Shown in pieces: positions 52,850 to 64,000 of a stretch of 64,000 nucleotides of DNA (its first letter is position 1; each line of letters starts with the position of its first letter). The notes under the pieces were generated by a model. It searched no databases and was not told the DNA's origin. It saw only the letters and a program-made list of their open reading frames with translations. Origin of the DNA: Octopus sinensis (lineage: Eukaryota); NCBI RefSeq assembly GCF_006345805.1, contig NC_043001.1:128898001-128962000 (forward strand), read 5' to 3'. A program made the translations under genes and the position numbers.

Positions 52850-53170
52850 CTTTCTTTCTTTTAAGATATAACTGTTCACTGCTGGATGTATCCCTTTACC
52901 TGTCTATCTATTGCCATTCTGGTCAGTCTAAACTAGTTTCGTATTCTTGCTTATTGTCCCTCCATCTCCTGTTCTGCCTACTTTCCTTCTCAATCCCTCT
53001 TGAAGAATCCATTTGTGGTTCTTTTCATCCATCTATTGTCCTCTCTATTCTAGCTAAGTGACCTGCCTAGCTCTACTTTGTTTTTGCTAGTTCTTTAAGT
53101 ATATCTCTACCTCCTGTTTTGCTTCTTAACTCCACACATCTAATTATGTCTCCCAACAAAAATTCATAAT
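52850..53170 (-). pseudogene. RTE-clade LINE C-terminal relic
   Basis: LGDIIRCVELRSKTGGRDILKELAKTK*S*AGHLARI...NRWMKRTT resembles the RTE W.WAGH.AR motif. Confidence 0.7.
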
Positions 53171-53254
53171 TTTTGTTTCCATGATGTATTGCATGCTCTG
53201 AGGCCAGGTGAGGCTGGCACGGCCACGATCGGACGTAACAAACACCATCCGATC

Positions 53255-53422
53255 GAAAGAGTGAGAGAAAGTTGTGGCGAAAGAGTACGGCAGGGATCGC
53301 CACCAGCCCCTGCCGGAGCCTTGTGGAGCTTTAGGTGTTTTCGCTCAATAAACACTCACAACGCCAGGTCTGGGAATCGAAACCGCGAGTCCGCTGCCCA
53401 AACCACTAGGCCATTGCGCCTC

Positions 53423-53423
<1 letters not shown>
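53255..53423 (-). mobile_element. tRNA-Arg-headed SINE (OR-like by inference), 3'-truncated
   Basis: ggaggcgcaatggcctagtggtttgggcagcggactcgcgg (TCG anticodon-like loop) ...ttcgattccc B-box, with T-arm region deletion. Confidence 0.7.
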
Positions 53424-53491
<68 letters not shown>

Positions 53492-53493
<2 letters not shown>

Positions 53494-53617
53494 AATTAGG
53501 ACTGAACACGAAAAGTGGACAGTCAACATGCTAGATATAGCATGCTAGATATAGCAGTCAACATGCTAGATATCTAGCATGTTGACTGTCCACTTTTCAT
53601 GTTCAGTCCTTAATTGG
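53492..53617. repeat. Near-perfect palindrome within (TA)n
   Basis: ccaattaggactgaacacgaaaagtggacagtcaacatgctagata / reverse complement, with internal catgctagatatag duplications. Confidence 0.92.
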
Positions 53618-53703
53618 TATATATAAATATTTTAATCTTCGGATTCTTTCTTTAATATGCTAGACCACTGGTTCTAATTGATAAATATCAATTTTTACCC
53701 TAA

Positions 53704-53758
<55 letters not shown>

Positions 53759-54076
53759 GGACAGATTGGACACTCTAATCCTGTAATCTCTGATATACAA
53801 AAAAACTATAATGGTTATAGCTGGAATGCTTTTGATCATTGGTCAACTCAATCAGGGATGACCCAGGTTAAATAAACTCAAACTTCAAAAAATATTGAAT
53901 TTTGCTAGCAACCACATTGCCATTTGTGAATTCAACATTAAAATCATTTTACAAGGAAGGAAAAAAATTGCAATCATTTTTTGGCAATAGCCAGTTAGTA
54001 AAAATTTGGTTATCTTCTTTTGATACTAGTATTGACACTAGGCAGAAATTTTGAATTAATTTGTCTTTATATATTA

Positions 54077-54475
54077 CTAGCAGTATCGCCCAGCGTTGTT
54101 CGGGTTTGTAAGGGAAATAACTATATAAACATTTTTAGAGATGTAAAGTATAATAGCCATCTCAATATGGCTAACCACAAAGGGGGGGGGTGTTACTGTA
54201 GCTTTTTACGTTCTGAGATTTAATAAATTTTTAGAGAGTTACTTCCCTTATATAAAACCGAGTAAAAAATGCATTAAAAAAACGAAAAAAATTATGGTAA
54301 ATTTTTTTTTAAATCGTTGACTCATCGTAGACATACGCTAATACCCAGAATGGCTCAATATGAATCACAACTATAAGATACCCACTTTTGGTTACACTGC
54401 TCCGCAAAATGTGGGAGTAGTTAGGAATCTAAATCGTAGGAGACAGACACACAACTTGACTTTTATATATAAAGA
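54077..54475 (-). mobile_element. Non-autonomous Helitron
   Basis: Same termini as 49747 and 50277. Confidence 0.88.
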
Positions 54476-54509
54476 TATCTGATACACTCTAAATTTATTA
54501 GTTTTTTTT

Positions 54510-55330
54510 TGTTTTACAAGAGGGGTTATATGAAGATGGTGGCCTTTTAATACCTGGTAGCATGAATCCCCATAAAACAGACAAATTTAGGAAAAAGCTC
54601 ATTAATTTATTTAAAGATTTAAACCTAAGAATTATATTGAACACTAATCTGAAAAATGTTAATTTTCCTGACATCATATTAAATTTAGATACTTGCCAAT
54701 CACACTTATATAGAAACCTAAGGGAAAGGAGGAAAAGAGAAGGAATTTACATGGTCACCAGACCAGCCAAAAATGGCCGCTAAATCATTCTTGGAAAGGG
54801 AAGCACATAATATACAAAAAGATTGGACTGTCTTAACTGAAATACCTTTCATCATATGACTGCTTAAACAAAGTACACACAACAGTTTAAAGATATATAT
54901 CGTAGCATATTCCTCAAAATCCAAGACACCAGTCAGGTTTCTTAAGACCAACAAATAAAAAAAAGGTATTAGCTTCTGGATATAAAGATTTTCATATGAT
55001 GGAAAATCATTTAACAAAGTTACTGATTACTATAATCACACATTACCACAGAATGGTTTTACAGATAAAATGAAGTAAATCAGAAACAATGATGATGATA
55101 TTACAGAAGACAGAAGTTGCAGTATGCCATCATATAATTCCCTTTATAATTTTGAAGTATTTGTATCATTGGAAAATTCCTAAACCTTCTATACATGCAT
55201 TTCCCCAATGATCACAAATGCCTTAGACTATTCAACTATTAAAATTTTAAGTTCTGTAATTCTACTAAAGATAATTTGTTAAACACCAATGAAAAAACAT
55301 GAACTTTCTTCTATTTCTAAAACTATTCTA
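54510..55330 (+). pseudogene. Second, different PLE reverse-transcriptase/linker relic
   Basis: GLYEDGGLLI..DKFRKKLINLFKDLNLRIILNTNLKNVNFPDIILNL (cf. GLYRDDGL..RKKLIKIFK..VNFLDVTLNL); further on FNKVTDYYNHTLPQNGF. Confidence 0.75.
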
Positions 55331-55408
55331 TCACAAATTTTCAAACACCTTTATTCATGTCGCGATATATTGATACCTTTCATATTATCAATATATTTTT
55401 CCTACAGT

Positions 55409-55440
<32 letters not shown>

Positions 55441-55481
55441 CACATACACACACACATTGGGATGTCATTATCATATTTCCT

Positions 55482-55885
55482 GGCAGAAACGTTAGCACGC
55501 CGGGCAAAATGTTTAGCAGTATTTCGTCTGTCTTTACATTCTGAGTTCAAATTCTGCCGAGGTCAACTTTGCCTTCCATCCTTTCGGGGTCGATTAAATA
55601 AGTACCAGTTGCGCACTGGAGTCGATATTATCGACTTAACCCGTCTGTCTGTCCTTGTTTGTCCTCTCTGTGTTTAGCCCCTTGTAGGTAATAAAAAAAT
55701 AGGTATTTTGTCTGCCGTTACTTTCTGAGTTAAAATTCCGCCGAGGTCGACTTTGCCTTTCATCCTTTCGGGGTCGATTAAATAAGTACCAGTTACGCAC
55801 TGGAGTCTATATTATCGACTTAACCCGTCTGTCTGTCCTTGTTTGTCCTCTCTATGTTTAGCCCCTTGTGGGTAGTAAAGAAATA
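55482..55885 (+). mobile_element. Tandem dimer of SINE family B with 15-bp TSD
   Basis: TSD attatcatatttcct at 55467-55481 and 55886-55900; an uninterrupted homologous site is at ~39480-39610. Confidence 0.93.
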
Positions 55886-56089
55886 ATTATCATATTTCCT
55901 TTCATGTGCTACTTCCATTGTTTATGTCTCTTACATAATTTCATACATCATCTGTTAGGACATCAGTGCTCTTATACCTTTGTGTAGTTATTTTCCAGGT
56001 CGACTGATTTCTTGTTGCATTTGTATTCAAACAAAGATAGGATGATATAAACAAATATATACTGGCCCCATTTATCACATTTATTTGTA

Positions 56090-56304
56090 TATTACTCTTT
56101 TACTCTTTTACTTGTTTCAGTCATTTGACTGTGGCCATGCTGGAGCACCGCCTTTAATCGAGCAACTCAACCCCGGGACTTATTCTTTTGTAAGTCCAGT
56201 ACTTATTCTATCGGTCTCTTTTGCCGAACCAATAAGTAACGGGGATATAAACACACCAGCATCGGTTGTCAAGCGATGCTGGGGGGACAAACACAGACAC
56301 ACAA

Positions 56305-56349
<45 letters not shown>

Positions 56350-56515
56350 TACGACAGGCTTCTTTCAGTTTCCGTCTACCAAATCCACTCACAAGGCTTT
56401 GGTCGGCCCAGGGCTATAGCAGAAGACACTTGCCCAAGGTGCCACACAGTGGGACTGAACCCAGAACCATGTGGTTGGTTAGCAAGCTACTTACCACACA
56501 GCCACTCCTGCACCT
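56090..56515 (-). mobile_element. SINE family A, full length
   Basis: Full match to family consensus. Confidence 0.95.
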
Positions 56516-56848
56516 ATATAATATGCATTTTTTTTTCTAGATTTTTAAATTTACAAGTTAGAGATGCATATCAAATACGAACACTAAATGCTCCCCAGTT
56601 TTAAAAATTTAAATAAATAAATTTACACAATAGATGTTCCACTATATTACATACAAATCATTGGATAGAGTACTTTAAAATGATTATTTCTCTCTGGAAA
56701 TATATAATGTTGCTTCAGTTTAGTAAGATTCTAACTAAAAAACTCTTTTACAATTAAAATTTTTAAAAATAAAAAAAAGGATGAATTCTCAAGAAAGCAC
56801 CCCACAACATAACTTTCTTGTTTTTATTTTGAAACACAAAGGCTGGGG

Positions 56849-56882
<34 letters not shown>

Positions 56883-57559
56883 AATGGTAAAGAGAGAAAG
56901 TGGGGAATAAAAAGTTAGCATGACAATAAAAATAATAAGTATTTAAACTGACTTGTGAAAATTTATTTTGTAGAATTATAATTTCATGTACCCAACATTA
57001 CCTGGGTAGTTCTATTCATAGAATGCATATCAAAGTGTGCATTACTTATGAAGTAACAAAGAACAGAAAAGTGTGATTTGAGGAAAAACTAACCACTATT
57101 CCTAGTATGTCAATTTACAACATAGCGGTCTCATTTGCTGGTGCATACATGCGATATACAAGACAGAGGATTGTGATTTAAGGGAGCATTGGCTGCTATT
57201 TCTAGCATGTCAGGCTACCATGTAGAAGTATCATTTCATTAGTTCATACAAGCGTATATCCTTGTTGTTACCATCAACATTATTATCATTATAATCATTA
57301 CTATTTTGTTGCCCATTTTCTTGTGCTTGCATGGCTTGGACGAATCAATGACGAAACAGATTTTTCCAGGTTCTTATAGGTCTAGGGACTCAGTGATAAT
57401 CTCGTATTTTAGCATACATTTAAGTTATGTATGTAGGGCTCCAGTGCATTTTTTTGATTGGAAGTATATATATATATGTACACATTCATACTAAAACACA
57501 CACAGAGACACACACACACGCACACACACACACACACATATACATACACATTTTATATA

Positions 57560-57770
57560 TGTTGCCAGTACCACCAGCCTGGCCCTCGCGTTGGTGGCAC
57601 GTAAAAGCACTCACTACACTAGCGGAGTGGTTGGGGTTAGGAAGGGCATCCAGCTGTAGAAACTCTGCCAGATCAGATTGGAGTCTGGTTCGCAAGACCC
57701 CAGTCAAATCGTCCAACCCATGCTAGCATGGAAAGCGGACGTTAAATGATGATGATGATGATGATGATGA
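57560..57770 (+). mobile_element. LINE-derived 3' tail with (GAT)n
   Basis: Same family as 35354 and 43320. Confidence 0.88.
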
Positions 57771-57801
<31 letters not shown>

Positions 57802-57999
57802 ATGATAATGGTTTCAAATTATGGAACAAGGCCTGCAATTTCGGGGGATGGGATAAATTGATTACATCGCCCCTTGTAATCAGCTTGTACATACTTTATT
57901 GACACGAAAGGGTGAAAGTAAAGTCAACCCTAATGGAACTTGAACTCAGAATGTGAAGATCGCCATTTTGTCCAGAATACTAACAGCTGTCAGCTGACC

Positions 58000-58435
58000 A
58001 TATACTCTTTTACTATTTTACTTGTTTCAATCACTTGACTGCAGCCATGCTGGAGCACCACTTTTAGTCAAGCAAAATGATCCCAGGACTTGCTCTTTGT
58101 AAGCCTAGTACTTATCCTATTTGTCTCTTTACTGAACTGCTAAGTTATTGGGGGTGTAAACACATCAACATCGCTTGTCAAGTGATGATGGAGGGACAAA
58201 TACAAACACAAACACACACATACACACACACGCACACAAGATGGTCTTCTTTCAGTTTCCATCTATGAAATCCACTCACTAGGCTTTGGTCGGCCTGAGG
58301 CTATAATAGAAGACACTTGCCTAATGTTCCATGCAGTGGGACTGAACCCAGAACCGTGTGTTAGTAAGCAAGCTACTTACCATAGAACCACTCATGCACC
58401 TCGCTACTTACCACACAGCCACTCCTGCACCTATA
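58000..58435 (-). mobile_element. SINE family A, older copy with duplicated head end
   Basis: gctacttacca...ccactc..gcacct occurs twice at 58370-58432. Confidence 0.85.
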
Positions 58436-58672
58436 TATATATATATATATAAATAAATAAATAAATAAAAGGAGAATGGAAATTATGGAGATTATTTCTC
58501 CATCTATAATTTTATTAAACAGTTATTTACAGCATTCTTGTTAAGTTGGGTATGATTAAGGGTCTGTTGAAGTTAGCCAGCATATGAAACTGACTTATGA
58601 GGAAACATGGTAACTGCCAGGATTATATATCCCTTTGAACTCATTTTTGGATATACATACATGAATATATAC

Positions 58673-58860
58673 ATACTCTTTTTACTCTTTTTTACTTGTT
58701 TCAGTCATTTGACTGCGGCCATGCTGGAGCACCGCCTTTAATTGAGCAACTCGACCCCGGGACTTATTCTTTTGTAAGCCCAGTACTTATTCTATCGGTC
58801 TCTTTTGCCGAACCGCTAAGTAACAGGGACGTAAACACCAACAGCATCTGTTGTCAAGCA
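58673..58860 (-). mobile_element. SINE family A 3' module cut by the assembly gap
   Basis: Consensus 3' module up to the N run. Confidence 0.9.
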
Positions 58861-58960
58861 NNNNNNNNNNNNNNNNNNNNNNNNNNNNNNNNNNNNNNNN
58901 NNNNNNNNNNNNNNNNNNNNNNNNNNNNNNNNNNNNNNNNNNNNNNNNNNNNNNNNNNNN
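58861..58960. other. Assembly gap (100 N)
   Basis: Run of N; true gap length unknown. Confidence 0.99.
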
Positions 58961-59065
58961 ATTGTTTTTTACCATTTCATTATATACTAATTCCCAAACT
59001 TTATGTCTTTGTATTGTCCCCCTCATCCTTCGCGCTTCTTGTAAATAAAAAAATCACCATCATCA

Positions 59066-59117
<52 letters not shown>

Positions 59118-59941
59118 CATTATTATTATTATCATCATCATCAATATTATTATATATATATGTGTATATATTCCTACATATCTATTTACGTACACACACA
59201 CACACATTATGTAGATATATGTATGCATTCATATACACAGACATATGCATACACATGCCACACCCGACATAGCAGGATAAAGTGTCAGTTATCTCATCAT
59301 TTCGGGATGAAGAGATATCTAATGAAGTGGTGATCAATGCTGTTCACTTCAAATCACAGGGAATAACAGATTGGGAAAAAGAAGAGGCAGAGAAAGTGAG
59401 AGAGTTGGGGGGAGAGGTAAAAGAGGGAAAGGGATACAGAGAGAGATACAGAGAGAGATACAGAGGGTAGATTAAGCCAAAACGCAGTGGATAGATTATG
59501 TTATTTGTAAGTTATATCAAATAGCTTAATGCTGAAAAACACCTATGATAAAAGCCATTCTAGATATGACCATATTTCTTTACCTTCCTATATTTTTCTA
59601 AGAAAATAATATCAGATGTGAGATGTGAGAGACTGGTACAAATAGCAGCAGGTGTAGTGAGTAGGTAAAGGCTACTTTGTTGATGGAAGAGGAGGAGCTG
59701 AGGGCGGCAGAGTTCGGTCAAAAGGTTGTTGTGATTTCATGCCTTTCTTAATGGCTTTTTGCAGTTTAAGTAAAAAAATAACAGCTGCAACATGAACAAT
59801 ATATATATATATAATATAATATATATATATATATATATATAAGTTCACCAAAATTTAGATTCAAATGAATATGGTACTTAATTTAGATGCACCAGAATTT
59901 TGTATGGTGTTATCCATAAAAATTGGTGGGGTGATTATAAT

Positions 59942-60081
59942 CAAAATAAGCAACAAGAATGACTCCGGTAAGGTACGATGTTTCATACTACCCATTTTAT
60001 TAAATGTGTAAGTATTACAACAGATTTAATCTGTTGTACGATCGTACCAAATTACCGGAGTTATTCTTGTTGCTTATTTTG
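59942..60081. repeat. Nested inverted repeat
   Basis: Outer 30-nt arms 59942-59971 / 60052-60081, ggtacgat/atcgtacc, and inner hairpin tacaacagat-tta-atctgttgta. Confidence 0.88.
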
Positions 60082-60089
60082 ATATATAT

Positions 60090-60145
<56 letters not shown>

Positions 60146-60152
60146 AATATAT

Positions 60153-60217
<65 letters not shown>

Positions 60218-60787
60218 TATATACGTATGTATTTATGAATAATGATTTATATTAGGTATCCTCATCATCATGCACAAAAAAAAAAGATATATATACACAC
60301 ACACACACATATATATAAGTATATATATAATGATATGTGTATATAGATATTATTCCTTTCTGTTGAAGAGCATTTTTCCTGAGCATTAAAGTAGTACACC
60401 TGATTGTTGTTCCTACACCTGTCTTCATCTTCAGTTTTTCTATAAATTTGAACTATATATATATATCTGTACGTGTGTGTGTATATACATATATATGTAT
60501 ACTCACACACACACACACATGCACACATGCACACACATCTATGTATGTATGTATGTAAGCTAGCATAATCGAACAGAAAAAGCTGAGGTAGGTTTTCTAT
60601 GGTTGGATACCCTTCCCACTGCCAACCTTAACCAGTTTCCCCACAAGGTAATATTTGCCCATAGTCAAATGTATTTTCACCGAAGATTGAAAATGTATGG
60701 AATTGCTTGTACACAATGATGCTTGTTTGCAATCATCATGTGGTGTCAACACAAGGAGACTACTCCACTACATCTTGGTATATATAT

Positions 60788-61192
60788 AGGTGCAGGAATG
60801 GCTGTGTAGTAAGCTTACGTCTCAGCCACATAGTTCTGGGTTCAGTCCCACTGCATGGCACCTTGGGCAGGTGTCTTCTGTTATAGCCTCAGGCCAATCA
60901 AAGCCTTGTGAGTGGATTTGGCAGATGGAAACCGACAGAAGCTTATCGCATATATGTCTGTGTATGTGTGTTTATGTGTGTTTGTGTTTCTTTTGCATCA
61001 CTGGTTGACTATTGGTGTTGCTGTGCTTAGGTTCCTGTAACTTAGAGGTTTGTCAAAAGAGAATAATAGAAAAAGTACCAGGCTTTAGAAAAATAAATCC
61101 TGGGGTTGAACTGTATGACTAAATGTTTTTCATGGCAGTGTCCCAGTATCCCACCATAGCTGCAGTCTAACAATTAAAACAAGTAAAAGATT
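60788..61192 (+). mobile_element. SINE family A, diverged full-length copy
   Basis: Head aggtgcaggaatggctgtgtagtaag to tail aacaagtaaaaga. Confidence 0.85.
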
Positions 61193-61259
61193 ACACACAC
61201 ACACACACATACACACACATACACACACACACACATACACACATACATACATACATACA

Positions 61260-61295
<36 letters not shown>

Positions 61296-61449
61296 TATAT
61301 ATATTATATTATATTATATTATATATAAACAAACCATGTAAATGTTGATATGTAGGTTCAATTCTGGCTAGGGTTAGCTCATTATTTTTCAGTCAATTTG
61401 TTGATATATAAATGTCACTTTAAATCTGAGAATGCATTATATTATTATG

Positions 61450-61504
<55 letters not shown>

Positions 61505-61614
61505 TATAATATACATAATGGGAAGCTTTATGAAAATAAACAAAAGACGAAGGCAGGTGGAATACAAACAAACAATTGTATTAGTATGGCGCTCAGGAAT
61601 ATAAATAAAACAAG

Positions 61615-61647
61615 TCTTTTACGTTTCGAGCCTATGCTCTTCGACAG
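61615..61647 (-). ncRNA. Hammerhead-like motif with CUGUCGA core, truncated at the core (element ~61518-61647)
   Basis: CUGUCGA-A-GAGC-auag-GCUC-GAAA-C-GUA-AAAGA; the 5' strand of helix I is missing. Confidence 0.55.
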
Positions 61648-61988
61648 GTATGCATGTATATGTGTGTTTATGTGTCCCCTTGTCTTGTTATCACATCATG
61701 GTCGCAAATGAGCATCAGCATCACACAAGTGAGGTTGTTCTTTTCCAATTTTCTGGGATAAACATACCTGCCATGGGGAAATACTACCTTACTTGAAAAC
61801 AAGTGAAATTTGATGACAGATAGGGCATATAGCTGTATAAATTCTACCTCAACAAATTCCATTTTATCCATTCAAGCATGGAAATGTGCACTGACGATGT
61901 CAGTGATATATAAATGTATATATGTGCATATGCATATGCACATATATGTGTTATTTTGTATATGCATATGTGTGCATGTGTATATATG

Positions 61989-62019
<31 letters not shown>

Positions 62020-62220
62020 ATGTGTGTGTGTGTGTATGTGTGTGTGTGTGTGTGTGTGTGTATGGTGGGCTAAAAGTTATGCACAAAATAAGTTGAATAC
62101 GCTTCAGAATAGTCAGAGACGAGCTTCAATTTTTCTAAAATTGATTAAAATAAATAAAGTAATTATGAATACACATGTACTGGTACATGATGAACAGAAT
62201 GAATAATAATAATAATAATG

Positions 62221-62269
<49 letters not shown>

Positions 62270-62463
62270 TAATAATGATAACAACATAATATAGATAAAG
62301 TGGCAACCGTTTTGGTGCAGGATTTTTAGGCCACCCTCTATGTATGTATGTATGTATGTATGTATGTGTGTATGTATTATGCATGCATGCATGCATGTAT
62401 GTATGTTTGTATGTATGTATGTATGTATGTATACACAAAGACATAGACACACACACACCCACT

Positions 62464-62498
<35 letters not shown>

Positions 62499-62959
62499 CT
62501 TTGTATGCATGGATGTAATTGTATTTTGGTAAACATGACAATTTCATGATAGCCTACAGGTTTTCTGCAGTTATAGTTAGCTGCCTCATCAGCGAAACAA
62601 TAATCAAATCAGTCAGCAGTTTCTACATGTACATACCTATGTGGAGAGAAGATAAAATAAACCTAAGTAAGAAATATGTGTGTTAGAGAGAAAGGGGGAG
62701 AAGAGAAAGTGAGAGTGTGTGTCATTAAATGAGGGAAAATAATTTAGATTGGAAGAGGAGAGAATTCTTTGAGATGATATTAGATAAAGAGAGAAAGTAG
62801 AAAGACATAGAAATTGATACATTTCATATAGATATTTATAATGAATTTTTGAATAAAAAATTTATTAAGGCAAAGGGGTATGGCAGAGAGTGGTGGTAAT
62901 TATGTAATTATGTCCAGTGACATTGTGAGTTCGAATCTTCCTCTTGGCTTTAAGAGTAT

Positions 62960-63118
62960 CATGAAAGGTTGGCTGGAGGCCCCAACCTTCCAAGTTATTT
63001 TACAGGGCTTAGAAAAACTGAAGGGCTGCTGCAAATATGTTGAATAAAATCATAATTGACTGATCCTCCTGTATTTTCTTTTCCCCAAAGCCAAGAACTT
63101 TTCAGCATGCCCTCATAA
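62960..63118 (+). pseudogene. Mariner 3' end with TIR-like terminus
   Basis: Frameshifted GWLEA...GLEKLKG...YVE* followed by gaacttttcagcatgccctcata. Confidence 0.55.
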
Positions 63119-63670
63119 ACTTAAGTAATGTCATGTTTTGGGGTTGATGTAACTGACAGACTCATTTTATTGGTGGTCAGAATGGGCTTACAAACAGTAT
63201 GGTGGACTGATAAAATTAGTAGAATTGAAGACAAAATGTCATATGTTATTTGTTCCAACTCTATATTTTGATTTCAAATTCTGCAAAGGTCATTTTTTCT
63301 TGACTACATATATTTCTATCATATTCTATTTGTGTATTTTGGGAATCAAACAACCATAATTGATTATGGATGCAATACAATGTTAAATGAACCTATGATA
63401 AATGAATAATAGAAAATACGGGAAAGAAAGTGTTTCATTCTGAGACCCCTTAGTTGTCCCCCCCAACTTACCCAAATAAAAACCCTAAATAGTTTTTAAA
63501 CACACATAATGATATTGCTTCATGTCTCGAATAATATTTAGAGTAAAGTTTAATGACAGATAATCAGTAAATAATGAATAAACTTGTCTACACCAATTGT
63601 TAGGATCGGGCATCTTTGTATTTTTTTTCTGTTTACCAGTGGCATGTTGATGAGTATATGCACATAGATA

Positions 63671-64000
63671 TCTTTAAATATAAAAGAGAAGTCATGTGTC
63701 TGTCTCCTACGATTTAGATTCCCAACTACTCCCACATTTTGCGGTGCAGTTTAACCAAAACCGGGTATCTTATAGTCGTGATTCATATCGAGCCCTTCTG
63801 GGTATTAGCACACGTCTACGATGAGTCTACGATTTAAAAAAGAATTTACCATAATTTTTTTCCATTTTAATGCATTTTTTCGCTATTATATAAGGGAAGT
63901 AACTCTCTAAAAATGTCTACGATGAGTCAATGATTTAAAAAAAAATTTACCATCATTTGTTTTCCATTTTTAATGCATTTTTTTGCTATTTTTTGGCTAT
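63671..64000 (+). mobile_element. Non-autonomous Helitron running off the window end
   Basis: 5' TCTTTAAATATAAAA and the family body, with an internal duplication near 63910-63990. Confidence 0.85.

Noticed and set aside
53340-53423. tRNA-Arg gene
   Set aside because: A deletion removes part of the cloverleaf and the sequence continues into SINE body; it is a SINE head. The same applies to SINE A and B heads.
62540-62598. Minus-strand CUGAUGA-GGCAG...CUGC-A-GAAA..GUA
   Set aside because: Helix II is plausible but helix I cannot be formed; at most a relic.
7-63735. Most ORFs in the supplied track ([12 protein letters not shown], poly-I/L/V/T/H)
   Set aside because: Translations of di-, tri- and tetranucleotide microsatellites or of SINE consensus sequence; open in several frames for compositional reasons.

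Overview
AT-rich eukaryotic DNA saturated with microsatellites and transposon relics. The SINE and LINE-tail families and the (TA)n/(CA)n/(ATT)n/(CATA)n density look like a coleoid cephalopod, most likely Octopus (inference from pattern recognition, no database search). No host protein-coding gene can be identified with confidence. Nearly all ORFs in the supplied track are microsatellite read-throughs, and only one weak three-exon minus-strand candidate (1.2-1.9 kb) is noted. Recognisable content: ~20 copies or fragments of a tRNA-headed SINE (family A), a second SINE (family B) often in (ATT)n-linked chains, a tRNA-Arg-headed SINE, RTE-clade and R4/Dong-clade LINE 3' ends, two degraded Penelope-like (PLE) reverse transcriptases, mariner transposase relics, a hAT MITE, four non-autonomous Helitrons and a 100-N gap. 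The main discovery is about ten type I hammerhead ribozyme motifs from about six unrelated sequence families (7241, 30059, 31601/31738, 32603, 38663/51185/61615, 47213/47307). Several sit as inverted pairs in fold-back elements, and some carry recurring non-canonical features (a C.A apposition at the base of helix II, a CUGUCGA core, a zero-loop helix III that would require dimerisation). This points to a diverse population of ribozyme-bearing, PLE-derived non-autonomous retroelements. Coordinates were counted by hand; element boundaries are approximate unless a TSD or motif is quoted.
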